Below, in pieces: positions 21,345 to 32,599 of a stretch of 64,000 nucleotides of DNA. The notes below the pieces were generated by a model that was given only the letters and a program-made list of their open reading frames with translations, ran no database searches and was not told where the DNA came from. The position numbers and the translations under genes are program-made. Position 1 is the first letter of the stretch. Every line of letters begins with the position of its first letter. Origin of the DNA: Entomortierella parvispora E1425 (Eukaryota > Fungi > Mortierellomycota); assembly GCA_020891255.1 (NCBI GenBank), contig BQFW01000010.1:620001-684000 (forward strand), read 5' to 3'.

Positions 21345-22766
21345 ATGAGTGTCTTGATCGAGACATCCGTGGGCGACATTGTCATTGACCTCTACACCAA
21401 GGAGGCACCCACCACCTGCCTCAACTTTCTCAAGCTCTGCAAAGTCAAATACTACAACTTTTGCTGCTTCCACAATGTCCAGCGCGACTTTATGATCCAA
21501 ACCGGTGACCCCACCGCCACCGGTCAAGGCGGCGAATCCATCTACAGTCTCCTCGACAACTCTTCCTCCTCGCAACGTTACCTCCCAGCCGAGATCCATC
21601 CAAAACTAAAGCATCGCGAAAAGGGTACCGTCTCTATGGCCATTGCTGGCGCAAAGACAGGAGCGAACCAGGATTTGAATCGAACCGTTGGAGGCGGCGG
21701 AGGATCCGACACGGGTGTCATTGGATCTCAGTTCTTCATCACCATGGCGGATCATTTGGATTATCTCGATGGACGGTACACAGTTTTCGGAAAGGTTGCA
21801 GAGGGCATGGAAGTACTGGAAAAGATTAATGGGGCTTACACGGATTCTAGCTTCAGACCGTTCAAGGATATTCGCATCAAACATACCATTGTCCTGGACG
21901 ACCCTTTCCCAGATCCAAAGGGTCTTCAGGTACCAGACGAGTCGCCTCTACCAACTCAGGCTATGCTGGATACTGTACGTATCGGAGATGATGAAGAGAT
22001 TGAATCGCTTTTGCCACCCGAGGAAGAGGAGAGGATCCGGAGGCAGAAGGAAGCCCAGGCTCGTGCACTGACGTTGGAGATGGTCGGCGATTTGCCTTTT
22101 GCAGAGATCAAGCCGCCAGAGAATGTGCTGTTTGTGGCTCAGTTGAATCCAGCCACTCGGTCCGAGGATTTGGAGTTGATTTTCTCTCGCTTTGGATTGA
22201 TTCTGAGCTGCGAAGTGATTCGGGACAAGAAGACTGGCGACTCGTTGTGCTATGCGTTTATTGAGTTTGAGAAGGAAGAAGAGTGCTCAGAGGCCTATTT
22301 CAAGATGAACAAGGTCTTGATTGACGACAGGAGAATCCACGTGGACTTTTCACAGAGTGTCAGCAAGTTGCACAAGGACTGGATGGTCAAGAAGATTGGT
22401 GCCAAGAAGGATGGCGTCGCTGCGGACCTGAACCTCGAACAAAGGTCCAGGTACAGGGATGACAACTCGTCGGGACGGAAACAAGGATCTGGATACGACT
22501 ATGTCTTTGAAGAGTCTTCGCGTTCGTCAAGGAAAGAACCTCGCCGAGATGATAGAGATCGGGATAGTAGAGATAACCACAGAGACAAGGATCGGGATTC
22601 GGGAAGACGCCATGAGAGCAGTAGTCATCGCAGTCGGCGGGATCCATCCCCGCGTCGAAGACGTTCACGCTCAGCAAGCCCGCGGAGACGGTCAGAAGGA
22701 GGTGATCGGGATCGTGATAGAAGTAGACATTACGATCGTGATCGCAAGGGGTCCAATTACCGCTAA
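21345..22766 (+). CDS. PPIL4: Peptidyl-prolyl isomerase-like 4 (cyclophilin + RRM + RS/RD-rich tail)
   Basis: [83 protein letters not shown]. Confidence 0.95.
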   Translation: MSVLIETSVGDIVIDLYTKEAPTTCLNFLKLCKVKYYNFCCFHNVQRDFMIQTGDPTATGQGGESIYSLLDNSSSSQRYLPAEIHPKLKHREKGTVSMAIAGAKTGANQDLNRTVGGGGGSDTGVIGSQFFITMADHLDYLDGRYTVFGKVAEGMEVLEKINGAYTDSSFRPFKDIRIKHTIVLDDPFPDPKGLQVPDESPLPTQAMLDTVRIGDDEEIESLLPPEEEERIRRQKEAQARALTLEMVGDLPFAEIKPPENVLFVAQLNPATRSEDLELIFSRFGLILSCEVIRDKKTGDSLCYAFIEFEKEEECSEAYFKMNKVLIDDRRIHVDFSQSVSKLHKDWMVKKIGAKKDGVAADLNLEQRSRYRDDNSSGRKQGSGYDYVFEESSRSSRKEPRRDDRDRDSRDNHRDKDRDSGRRHESSSHRSRRDPSPRRRRSRSASPRRRSEGGDRDRDRSRHYDRDRKGSNYR

Positions 22767-22881
22767 GGCGCCTTTATTTATCGATAATAAAACCAAAACG
22801 AAAAACTCGTCCATGTTTGAAGGGTCTAGGTGTACGTCAAGAGCCGCGTGATGATATTATGAAGTAAGCCAAGGTCCGGAT

Positions 22882-23751
22882 CTATCCTTCAGGCTGCTTT
22901 AAATAACGATGGCGGTATTCGCACAGTCTGTCCACCGTCTTTTGCGCCTCTAGAGTCAGGACTTCCTTTTGCTGGAACGCTGCCACACCCACATTTCCAC
23001 CGTGCTTACGTCGACTCATCCGGCAAGCTTCCTCCTCTGAGTACAATTTAACCACAATACCATTCGCCTCTTTGACGTATCCGGATGGGAGGATACTGAT
23101 CTCCTGGGCCGATAAGAGGTACGTCGTCATAATACCCCTGGAGGAAAGATGTCGTCCTTGAATGATGGGTGGGATAGGTTCTGGGTATTGAAGATAGTGC
23201 TGTCGGCGGCATCGTAGACACATTCGAATAAACCAACTCTGCTGGTTCTGCTGGTCTTTACCCCTTCTTGAGGATGTTGGTGTTGCCTCTGTTGCATCCG
23301 CTACGACTCTCCCACTATCATTTCTACAAGCGATTTCGACTGGCAGAGGTCTTGTGGCAAGTCTCTCGTAGACTGACGACGGGACGGCGTACAAGAAGCA
23401 TTGTTCACAGATCCTGCTGCTCACGGCACACAAGTAGAGCATGCGACTCTTGAGCACCGATATCGTCGGCAACGGCTCCGTTGGATGCTCCAACCCCACA
23501 GTCCGTTTGAGTATCCTGGACCAAACGATGGACGAAGAGGTCATTTCCTGAAATGCCCTGCTGGTTCTCGACAGCCTTGCAATCTGGGACGGATAGAGAA
23601 ACGTCAGGATATGATGCCACACCTCCTGAGGCAGGCGATGATGGACGTCAAAGGTCGGACCCCAAGTTGGATCATTGGTTCCTGTAAGACAGGTCTTTGC
23701 TTTAGGAAACTCGCTGAGATGGTCATGGGTCCTGTTGCTGTCAATGGTCAT
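22882..23751 (-). CDS. F-box protein with split CxxC..CxxC finger and XPA-like C-terminal domain (paralog A)
   Basis: F-box LPQEVWHHILTFLYPSQIARLSRTSRAF, then RICEQC...MCLRCR and TYLLSAQEI..VKLYSEEEACRMSRRKHGG. First ATG at 23751. Confidence 0.8.
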   Translation of the reverse strand: MTIDSNRTHDHLSEFPKAKTCLTGTNDPTWGPTFDVHHRLPQEVWHHILTFLYPSQIARLSRTSRAFQEMTSSSIVWSRILKRTVGLEHPTEPLPTISVLKSRMLYLCAVSSRICEQCFLYAVPSSVYERLATRPLPVEIACRNDSGRVVADATEATPTSSRRGKDQQNQQSWFIRMCLRCRRQHYLQYPEPIPPIIQGRHLSSRGIMTTYLLSAQEISILPSGYVKEANGIVVKLYSEEEACRMSRRKHGGNVGVAAFQQKEVLTLEAQKTVDRLCEYRHRYLKQPEG

Positions 23752-24002
23752 ATTGCGCCAGGTCGAGGGGGGAAGAGACAAAGACAAGCAGCGCGCAGCG
23801 GGGAGTCAGGGGGAAAGTGCGAATGCGGCAGTGCTCCTCCGGAGAACAGAAGAGATAAGCCATACTCCACAAGATTTGGGCGAAGTAACCCCTGCACGAT
23901 TTTTTTTTTTTTTTCTTTTGCAAGCAAGCAAGCAAGTAAGTAAGCAGAAGAAAGGTCAACACTGCGATTGAATCGTAATGAACCGCCCACCACTCTTTTT
24001 AT

Positions 24003-25134
24003 TTATAGCTGACAATACGTTTCGATTCTCTCGCAGGTCCTCCGCTCCTGGTCATCGATGGAGAAGGGTGGATCGAGGCCGACGTTTCCGCCATAATTGC
24101 GCTGATACACCCTATACGTAACCTCCTCTGAATATACCGGGACATCGCCCTCTTCTCTCATCGGAAGGAAACCGATCTGATGCCCGGCCAGGCCGTAGAC
24201 CTCTGTGATTCTCCGGAATGACATGAATTTTCCTAATGTATGGGTCGGAACCTCTTCTGGATAGTCCAGGTAATGGGCCTGGCGACATCTAAGACAGAAC
24301 AGGACCTTCCATGTCCTGTTGATCGGTTTCCCCACATACCCAACGCCCCTCTTCCTGTCCTCCTCGTCTCTCTTTTGGATCAGTATGCTGCTATGGCTCC
24401 TTTGTGTGGGGTCGAGGCTGTTGATGCTACTCTCGGGCTCAGGGGAGACCGTTAGAAAGTCGAATTTAGCGGTGTTGGGTTCCCTGCGACCTCGGCGGCC
24501 AAGGATCGCATCCGGAATCAAGACCGGTAAAGGCCTCTCCACTAGATCCGCTGGGCCATTGCTTAGTCGACAGGGGACGGAATAGCTCAAGCACTGTTCA
24601 CAGACTCGGCTACTGACTGCGCACATATACAGCATGTAGCTTTTCGATTCTGGGATGGCAGGCAAAGTATCCAGGAGAACATCGGGACCAAAGGCGGCTT
24701 TGAACAAGCGAGACCAAACAACCGAGGCCGAGATCATTTCGTACAGAGACTTGCTGACTCTAGACAATCGGGCGATTTGAGATGGATAGAGAAAAGTTAG
24801 GATACGTTCCCAGATCTCAAAGGGCAGTCGCTTGTCGGCACTTTGACACTGGTTCTTGGATGGCATCGAAGAGGCTCGTAGGGCAGGCAGCAAGGGCCAA
24901 GTTGGTTTCTACAAGCGCCTCACTTATGGTGGTAAGGCTTGTCTTTGTGATGGCAAGATCCTCGGCTTTGGTGGCAAGGGTAGCGTTTGTGGCTGCAAGA
25001 ACTTGGACCGTGATGGCAAGGGTTGTACTTGTGGTTGTAAGCGCTTCACTCGTGGCTGTAGATGTGATTTGAAGCTGTCGAATAGCCTTGAGCAACTCAC
25101 TGACAATGATGTTATTGTCTACCTCAGGAGCCAT
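24003..25134 (-). pseudogene. F-box/XPA-like paralog B, split by a 1-nt frameshift near 24880 (or expressed from ATG 24866)
   Basis: The N-terminus MAPEVDNNIIVSELLKAIRQL matches paralog C (MAPENDIIIQELLATMQEL) but lies in a different frame from LPFEIWERILTFLYPSQ. No convincing intron bridges the two frames. Confidence 0.7.
24886..25053 (-). repeat. Eight degenerate 21-bp units encoding T-x-x-x-L-x-x heptads
   Basis: TSEALTT/TSTTLAI/TVQVLAA/TNATLAT/KAEDLAI/TKTSLTT/ISEALVE/TNLALAA; absent from paralogs A and C. Confidence 0.7.
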
Positions 25135-25489
25135 AGTGGAATCTTGATGGCAAGCTGCGGTGGGTTGAGCATGAATGAATGAGTGAAAATGGAATCAAAG
25201 CAAAGAGTAAAAGAGTGAAAGGGTCGGGGGAAAGAAAAAAGTGTTTGGAATAAAAGTGAGCACCGTGTGGATGGGGGGATAGTGGCTTGTTTTGTGCGTC
25301 CTTCTCTGTGAAATGGGGGGAGGCAAAGGCAAAGATCGGCCTAAAGATCAATCGTGTGGCAATTGCCATGAAAAAGAGTGTTTTACAAAAGTAACAGAGC
25401 CGTTATGTGTCGTCCATGTCCGAGATGTATCGACAAGTATCAGGTCGGTGGCAGAAAAAGACGAAAAACTCGTTGAAGTGACTTCTGTG

Positions 25490-25800
25490 ACATCATCCAT
25501 TATTATTCCACACGCATGACGAAACCATCTTTTATTCCAGCGAGGGCCAGGCAATGATCTGGCATCCAAAGAATGCATGCCGCTATATAAGAAAGGACAG
25601 GGGTGGTCAATCATGGTCTGCGAATTTTTGTCCGAAATTGGATGGTCCGCTTCAATATATAGACAAGGCCTCGGAAAGAACCACGAGAGATCCTGGACAG
25701 GCGACAACATTGCGGACCAGTTTGTGGAAGCCATTGAGATTCACAAGAAGAAATACTCCAACTATGGCGCACGACACCTCATTAAACTACAATAGTTACG
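25490..25800 (+). mobile_element. Relic of a DDE transposase, probably IS630-Tc1-mariner-related
   Basis: THDETIFYSSEGQAMIW, frameshift, then PLYKKGQGWSIMVCEFLSEIG...GKNHERSWTGDNIADQFVEAI. This matches the recalled HDE..F..W..PL.KKG.GrSIMVS.F..GKN.dg.W motif series. No TIRs found. Confidence 0.65.
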
Positions 25801-25989
25801 TTCTTTTGGAAACCACTCTATCAGGCGCTCTGATTATTGGAAAGAGATCTTTGAGGTGATTGCTCGTCGGAGGTGAATGTCCTTGATATAACGCGAGTAC
25901 TGTATCCTACTTCTCCCTTAATCTCCATAGCTCTTTTCTTCAATAGTTCGACCTTATATCACTGTCTATCAAGGCCGAGGTATACACTG

Positions 25990-26905
25990 GATTACTTGGC
26001 TATTGCTCTGTTGAAAAGAACGCCTCGAATGATTCGCACGTTTTCAACACAAACACTTGCTTGGAATATCTTCAGGTGAGCAACAGACTGTACACCGCAT
26101 TATGTCGCTTCTTTGCTGGCTGGTCGCAAATATCGTTCGCTCTTGTTAATGTGGAACAATGTTGGTCTGATAGAGCCTTATGGAAGGCAGCCCGATGGAT
26201 CCAAGAGATGATAGTAACTCAGAAGTTTCAGACAGAGCCGACGCTCCAAATCCTAGAGGGATCGTCAATTGCGAATAGCGTTATAATGGATATTCTTGAT
26301 CTTGAGAATTATGTCCTACTATCAATGAATCTCCCGTTTACATACGAAAGACTTGAAAAGGCATTTCACCTCTCATCTGGTAGCGTAGCAAACGTCAACT
26401 ATTGGTTTTCTAGAAAGAGAAGCTGAATTCTGATGACTTTTATTGCAGGCAAACTGAAGGAGACTACATGTTCATCCGCTGTGGTATTCTAATTGATCAC
26501 AGTCACATTCCGGCCATGGACAATTGACATGCAGGTTTTCATACCGTCAAAGAAGCGTATTCTAGTGCTGAAGTGGAAAGTCATCCAAATAGACTACCTG
26601 AATCTGGGCGGGCGTTGTTTCAAGAGAGAAAAGAGCGGAGCTCCTGAGTGGCTCACTTGAGGCCAGTTCAATACTTGGCCTAAAGCTTGGAAAGAATGAG
26701 CAGACCAGAGCAGACCATCAAAGACTGGATCCTGAATGGTCCCCGCAATGGACATTCGACCATCTCGCCCTGTACTCAACCTGCAACGTATCTTGTCAGC
26801 CCAGAGATTTCCCGTTTGAAGAGGAATCATGAAGTTACTGGCTATCTAGTTGTCGTTGTTAGCTCTCGTCCGATTTTGTTTTGGAGAGGTGGCATGAACG
26901 ATTGA
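25990..26905 (+). pseudogene. Relic of an AAA-ATPase-like / PD-(D/E)xK nuclease gene (C-terminal part)
   Basis: Fragments VFNTNTCLEYLQ, IDMQVFIPSKKRILVLKWKVIQIDYL (26523 onward; D...ExK with E changed to K) and TIKDWILNGP...YLVSPEI...YLVVVVSSRPILFW, broken by stops and frameshifts. Confidence 0.5.
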
Positions 26906-27024
26906 ACCAGAATAAAGAGAATAGAAGAGTGTTTTGCCAGAGAACCAGAGCGGTTATTTGAGGATCATGACCAAGAAGATCGACAAGTGTTTTATTCTCT
27001 CTTCCTTTCTTTCTTTCAATTCTC

Positions 27025-27942
27025 TTAGAAATGACAATACTCTTCGATTCTGGCATCGGTTCTGTTCTGCTCCTCCTTTTCCTTCCACAAAACTTTCTCT
27101 GTGGTCAAAAGCGCCATCCCAGCGTTTCCCCCGACCTTGTGGCGATGGAGTATAAAGGCCTCCTCTACCGAGTACTCTGTCCATGAAATTAAGGTCGTCG
27201 GGTCATGAGTTAAAGATCTGATCTCAGCGTCCGTCAAGATAAACCCCATATTGATGATCTGGTTGGCAGTGACGCGCTTGTGTTCCATCCCCTTGGGAAT
27301 AGGTTCTGGATAGGTTTCATAATGAGCTTGACGGCAAGGCAAACACAATCGGATAGTCCACCTCGTGTTGATAGGTTCCCCATAGATGATACGCTGCCCA
27401 AATAGTCTAGGGGCTCCTTGGCTCTTACCCCCAGGCCAGAGGCTGTCTCGTTTGTTGATGCGTTGGTGCGGACCGGGGTGATTGAGTCGACGAAGCCGTG
27501 CGTCCGGAACCAGGACAGGCAAGGGTCTTGCCGGGAGCTCTGAGCGGACCATCGAAGGGACGGCATGCACCAAGCACTGTTCACAGACTCGCGTGCTCAC
27601 GGCACACATGTACAGCATGTAGCTTTTTGATTCAGGCATCGCCGGCAAAGTACACAGCACGGCATCCGGTCCAAAGGCTTGGCTGAACATCTTTGACCAC
27701 AGCGACGATGCTGCCACGATATCATGCAGGGTCTTGTTGACTTTGGAAAGCCTCGTGATCTGAGAGGGGTACAGGTAGCTGAAGATCCGCTCCCAGACCT
27801 CCAAGGGTAGAGCCTTGTCGATGCATTGACTCTGTCTGCGAACAACGGGTTGAGCGTGAGGTCGTCCAGAGGCAATGGCGAGCCGCAGTTCCTGCATCGT
27901 GGCCAACAATTCTTGGATAATTATGTCGTTCTCGGGCGCCAT
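27025..27942 (-). CDS. F-box protein with split zinc finger and XPA-like C-terminal domain (paralog C), 305 aa
   Basis: ATG 27942; LPLEVWERIFSYLYPSQITRLSKVNK, RVCEQC...LCLPCR, FILTDAEIRSL..EYSVEEAFILHRHKVGG. Confidence 0.82.
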   Translation of the reverse strand: MAPENDIIIQELLATMQELRLAIASGRPHAQPVVRRQSQCIDKALPLEVWERIFSYLYPSQITRLSKVNKTLHDIVAASSLWSKMFSQAFGPDAVLCTLPAMPESKSYMLYMCAVSTRVCEQCLVHAVPSMVRSELPARPLPVLVPDARLRRLNHPGPHQRINKRDSLWPGGKSQGAPRLFGQRIIYGEPINTRWTIRLCLPCRQAHYETYPEPIPKGMEHKRVTANQIINMGFILTDAEIRSLTHDPTTLISWTEYSVEEAFILHRHKVGGNAGMALLTTEKVLWKEKEEQNRTDARIEEYCHF

Positions 27943-28112
27943 GGTGATGTAACGTGAGATGGTATGGAATGACAGGGGAAGATAAAGAAAGAAGAAAAGA
28001 AAAGAAGAAAAGAACTCAGAAAAGAAGAAGAAAAAAAGAGCTCCCGGGCTGTGCAACCTCGCCCTTCGTCGTCATCTGATAACGCCGCAATTTATTTTGT
28101 TTGCTTCAAAAT

Positions 28113-31100
28113 TTACATGGAATATTGTGGTGGTTGAAGGCCATAGTCAGGAGGGGGCATGTCCCGACTCAGCAATCGACCATCCGGTGTCTGATCTGAA
28201 AATGAATAGTGATGTTGTTGGTGAGGAAGGCGGGAAGTAGACCCTGCCGCGCCTGCGATGGATGCGCCGTACACCGAAGAAGCCATGGACTCCTCTGCTG
28301 GGTTGGGAGACAAGGATCGAGAGCGTGTCCGTGTCACGACGTTCAAGTCTGGTGGTGGTGGTGAAGGACTCTGCCCAGGCAAAAATTGCTGATACTGCAC
28401 CTGTCCGTTTTCGCCCTGTTCTGCCAAAGATGACAACATAGAGTCATACGCACTGACAGAACCCATCCTCATCAATAAGGACTCAGGGTCGACGACTTGG
28501 TGATGTTGGTGCTCTTCGTAGCTTGGGATCAATGGCGCGGAACCTGGGGCGATACCACCCTGGTGCTCATCAGACCCATTCAATCCTGTATAATCGGTCG
28601 TTGGTTCGAACCCAATGTACTCATCCATGCTCATCACTCTAGACCGAGCGAACCCGGGGTCAGATGAACTCGGAGGTGTGCTTGTTGCCTGGGCTCCATC
28701 CGACAAACTTGATGCAACACCGGTCGTAGAGTATGAGAGTACATCATTCAGCGAGGCGTTCTCAAAGAATGTCCTCCGACCAGATTGGGACTCTGGTTGT
28801 GCAGCCCCATTCTCGTTCTGGATTGAGATGGAGGGTACGTTTTGTCGATGTCCTGGAACTGGCACTTCAATGGAGACTCCTGAACTTGAAACATCGACAC
28901 TGCTTCTGTTGCGTCGTCCTGAAAGCGAGAACCTGGATGGGGGAGGCACGGATCGGTCTGAAGGAACAACGGCATCATCACTGTTATGACTATCCCGTCT
29001 ATTCCTGCCAAAGCCAAAGAGACCTCTGGAGGCTTTCTTCCTACCTTCTCTCTCTTGACCAGCTGGTCTTTGGCTGCTGGAGGAACCCTCGCCGTTGCTA
29101 TTCATAATCAAACCTCCAGGAGCTGCGGAGCTGTTCGATCCAGACTTTTGATGGAGGTCCTCCTGATGAGAAGAGCTGGCGTCCACAGTAAGCTCCCTGC
29201 CTGATCGAGATCGAGATCTACTCTTTTTGCGAAATGAATTTTTCTTGTTGTTCAAGGCGGCTTCTTGGCGTTCGCGGTCAACCTCCATCAAAATTTGTGA
29301 ACCGAGCATGTTTCCTGGTGCAAGCACCGACAAAGGCGCCCTGCCTGTCCGAAGAACCACACGACCTTCGAGAGCAACCAAGGGTTGGTTGGGATTGATA
29401 GAAGTGATCAACGTGTCCTCATCATCCTGATCTGGAACTTGAGAAGACTGATTATCTCGGCTTCGACCAAGACCGCGACCATGTGCAGCATCGACATATG
29501 TGTTTGTGAATTCTTCATCCTGGTGCAAAAGCTCCCCACTATCGCGAGTAGGGACCGACTGTGAAGAACTTGAATGTAAGAAAGGTCTGAGAGTGTCTCC
29601 TGGCGCCAATGCAAGCTCGCTCAAACCACCTCTGACGAGCGAATCTGCTTCAGATCCTAGTAGAGGACGACCTTGCTCATCCTCCCAGCCCTCGATTGAG
29701 TACCCTCCTAAGCATGAGTTCTGGAACACATGTCGTCTTGTCCTGGCCAATAAAGGGACAATTGAGTCCCGATAAGCCACCATGGCATTCAGTCGCTGTG
29801 TTTCCTGCGCCACCATTCGCTCCGCTGTCTTGTGTGCGACTCGAAGAGTGGAAATATAAGATCGGAATGCACCCTCCGTAGCAGCATCAAGACTCTTGAG
29901 CGTGGGAGCTAGTACCAAGGACAGCAGATGCCGGATGAATATCATAGTCTTGGTTGAAGCGACATCAGAACGGTATAAATGAATACTTACTGAATTGTCT
30001 TTGGCATGCGGAGGGCTTGAAAGGCACTGACAAGTGGGGTAGGAGGCTTGGGCATGCATCCCTAGCGGCATCTTCGTTTTGATATGCATTTGACAACGAC
30101 AACTCCACACGAAGATCTAGAAGTTTCGGTAAAAGAGTATTAGGTTAGATCTGTCACACACGACATAAGACATAACAGTAAGGGCGCAATTGCCTGTGCA
30201 ACCTACAGAGCTTCATCTTTTGACTGGCCTTGAGTGCATACTCGACCCTCCAGACCTTGTAAGCAGCATCAGAGTATCCGAGAAGTGCCATAAGAGCTGC
30301 CTCTGTCAAGTTGGCTGCTCGTGCAAGGTTGGTAAGAGCAATATTAAATTTTGAGACCTGTTTTTTGACTGCCGTGATTTTAAAGTCGTATTCCTTGAGC
30401 TCCAATTGCCAGTGCAACTCCTCTGGGAAGTCCGTGTTTGCAACCTCATCTACAAAAGAAAACCGGGAAGAAGCGGGGAGAAGCGACACGACGCGTTCAG
30501 TCAGCCAGGGTCCTCTATTTTTAGTCGGTACCAGCCTCGGACAGTCACGAATGTTCCATGTCGGTACTGGTTACTCACCTTTGGACCGATCGAAGACCTA
30601 CATGACATACATAGGGTGAAGGGGGAAAAGTGAGTATGTTCAGAAGAGATGGCGAAAAGAACACTGAGCTCGGTAACAACTAGTGGAAACAACATACCCA
30701 CTCGTTGACTCTCTTGAGCTGTCGAGTATCCTCCAATAGAGCTGCACGTTGCTTATGAAGTTGATATCTCTATGTTGCACAACAGGTAAAACCGGCGTCA
30801 GTAAGTGCAACTGGAGACGATAACCCCGGGATGGGAACAAACTCTCTTTCCTGTCCATCTGTCATGTTTGACATACCACCGTTACGACGTCGTCCCTTTG
30901 ACGCAGACACGATCGCCGTTCGTCTTCGAGAGCTTTCAAGCCACTGATCTCCTGTCGATAGGCCCTTTCGCACTCGGCCTTGTTGATCGTAAACACGGAA
31001 TCGAGCTGTTTCCTGCCCTTGTCACTATATGTCAATGATCAAAGCTGTTAGAAGACAATGCCCCTAGACCAGGTAGTGAAAACTCGTGTTGTATGTAAGC

Positions 31101-31640
31101 CCCTCAGCAGAGACGCTGTGAATTTGGGGGCTCTCGGTAACTCCAATTGGGCAAAGTCGACTTTTGCCTTTCGATTCTTCTTTCTTCTGAGAGCAAGGTG
31201 AAAGTGAGATCTGCCTAGAAGGCGAATTTGGCGTGTGTGCATGGAGCGGTCAAAGGAACAAAGCGCATAGTCGATTTTCTGGAGACGAGGCAGGGCGCCA
31301 CCCTCGACTGTGATTTGCTGGAGGTATGTGGGGGGTTGTCGGGAGTTGTGGAAGAAATCTGTGGAGTTGGCGGGAGGTGCACTGTGGCTGCTGCAGGGTC
31401 AAGAGAGGGACTCTACACCGGGGAAACGGACGCAAGGGAGGATTGGGCTGTTGTCGCTTACGTTTTGTACTGTCCCTGGACAATGGCTTCCTGCAGTTGA
31501 CGGAGACGATTATTAAGCACGACAAACTCGGCTTGGTTGGTCTTTATCTTTTCGAGGCAAGGGGTGAGGACAGGAATGCTGGAGTAGAGCTTCAAGAGTT
31601 GCTCGTGGGACTCTTGGAGTCGCTGCTCGACAGTCGTCAT
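28113..31640 (-). CDS. Uncharacterised multi-exon protein: helical/coiled-coil N-half, long Ser-rich disordered C-half ending in two PPxY motifs
   Basis: Helical exons (MTTVEQRLQESHEQLLKL; ECERAYRQEISGLKALEDERR; RYQLHKQRAALLEDTRQLKRVNEW; LELKEYDFKITAVKKQV) with GT-AG junctions lead into the long ORF ending PPPDYGLQPPQYSM. The 5' exon structure at 31050-31450 is unresolved. Confidence 0.6.
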
Positions 31641-32131
31641 GTGGAGCTGGGCAAAAGGTGGATGAAGGATTGCAGAGTGGAATGGCAATCGTCAATGGAC
31701 TGGTGAAGCGAAGCACAATGTCCAGACGTGGCGGAGGAATGAGGTTCGGAAAGGAAAGGGAAGAGTGGGGAGGGGAAGAGCAGAAGACTGAAGGAAGAAT
31801 ATGTGCCCACGGGTAAAGAGGGACAGAGGAAGGAAAAGACACTGAAGGACCAAAGAGACAAGACCTTTGCTCTTTTCTGTCTGAGTGCGTCCAAGAGGCG
31901 CGCTATGCCTGTGTCACATGACCCGTGGCTGCCTCGTTGTTGCTTCCGTGCAAGCACCAGATCGGGTTTGCTTGGTGGAGGAGAGGAGGGGCCTTTGTGT
32001 TTGCTCTTTATCTCTCTGCCCTCGCCCTTTGCTCGAAATGTTCACCCGTCGACTCGCTCTGTGCGCCATTGCCCCAATTGAGCAGACCCAAATGCATGCA
32101 CACAAACACCCTTTTGTTTACTGTCGTTGGT

Positions 32132-32155
32132 TGTGTGTGTGTGTGTGTGTGTGTG
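32132..32155. repeat. (TG)n microsatellite
   Basis: About 12 TG units seen directly. Confidence 0.9.
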
Positions 32156-32599
32156 GTGAATGATGAGTGATGAGTGATTAAAAAGCAAAGGGAAAAGTCC
32201 ACAGGGACAACAAGAGCGACAAAAAGGATCAATTGATGCCGACTGACTGCGTAGATCCGCCCTTTGCAACCCCCTCACCACGTCAGGGCCAATCAGATGG
32301 TAGCCACACCAGGCGCACTGAGTTTACAACAGCGCAGACAGGCACGAAGCGGAACACAGGCACAGCTCGTTTTGTGTGTGTTTCTATGGTTTATTCTTCC
32401 CGTTCTTCTCGACTCGAGTACCGCAGGGAAGGGAAGGTGGGTGCCAAGTAACAATGCAGGGCTATGAGTGGACAAAAGAGATCGAGAACGACGGAGTGCC
32501 CTTCGAGGTTCGACTCAATTGCGCAAATTGAAACCGACATTTTCTGACAAGGTTTGATCCCGCTTGTCGTCATCGTCCATTTTTCTGTCCCTTCCTTTT

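Noticed and set aside
32495-32525. GGTTCGACTC B-box-like motif suggesting a tRNA
   Set aside because: No cloverleaf stems or A-box around it.
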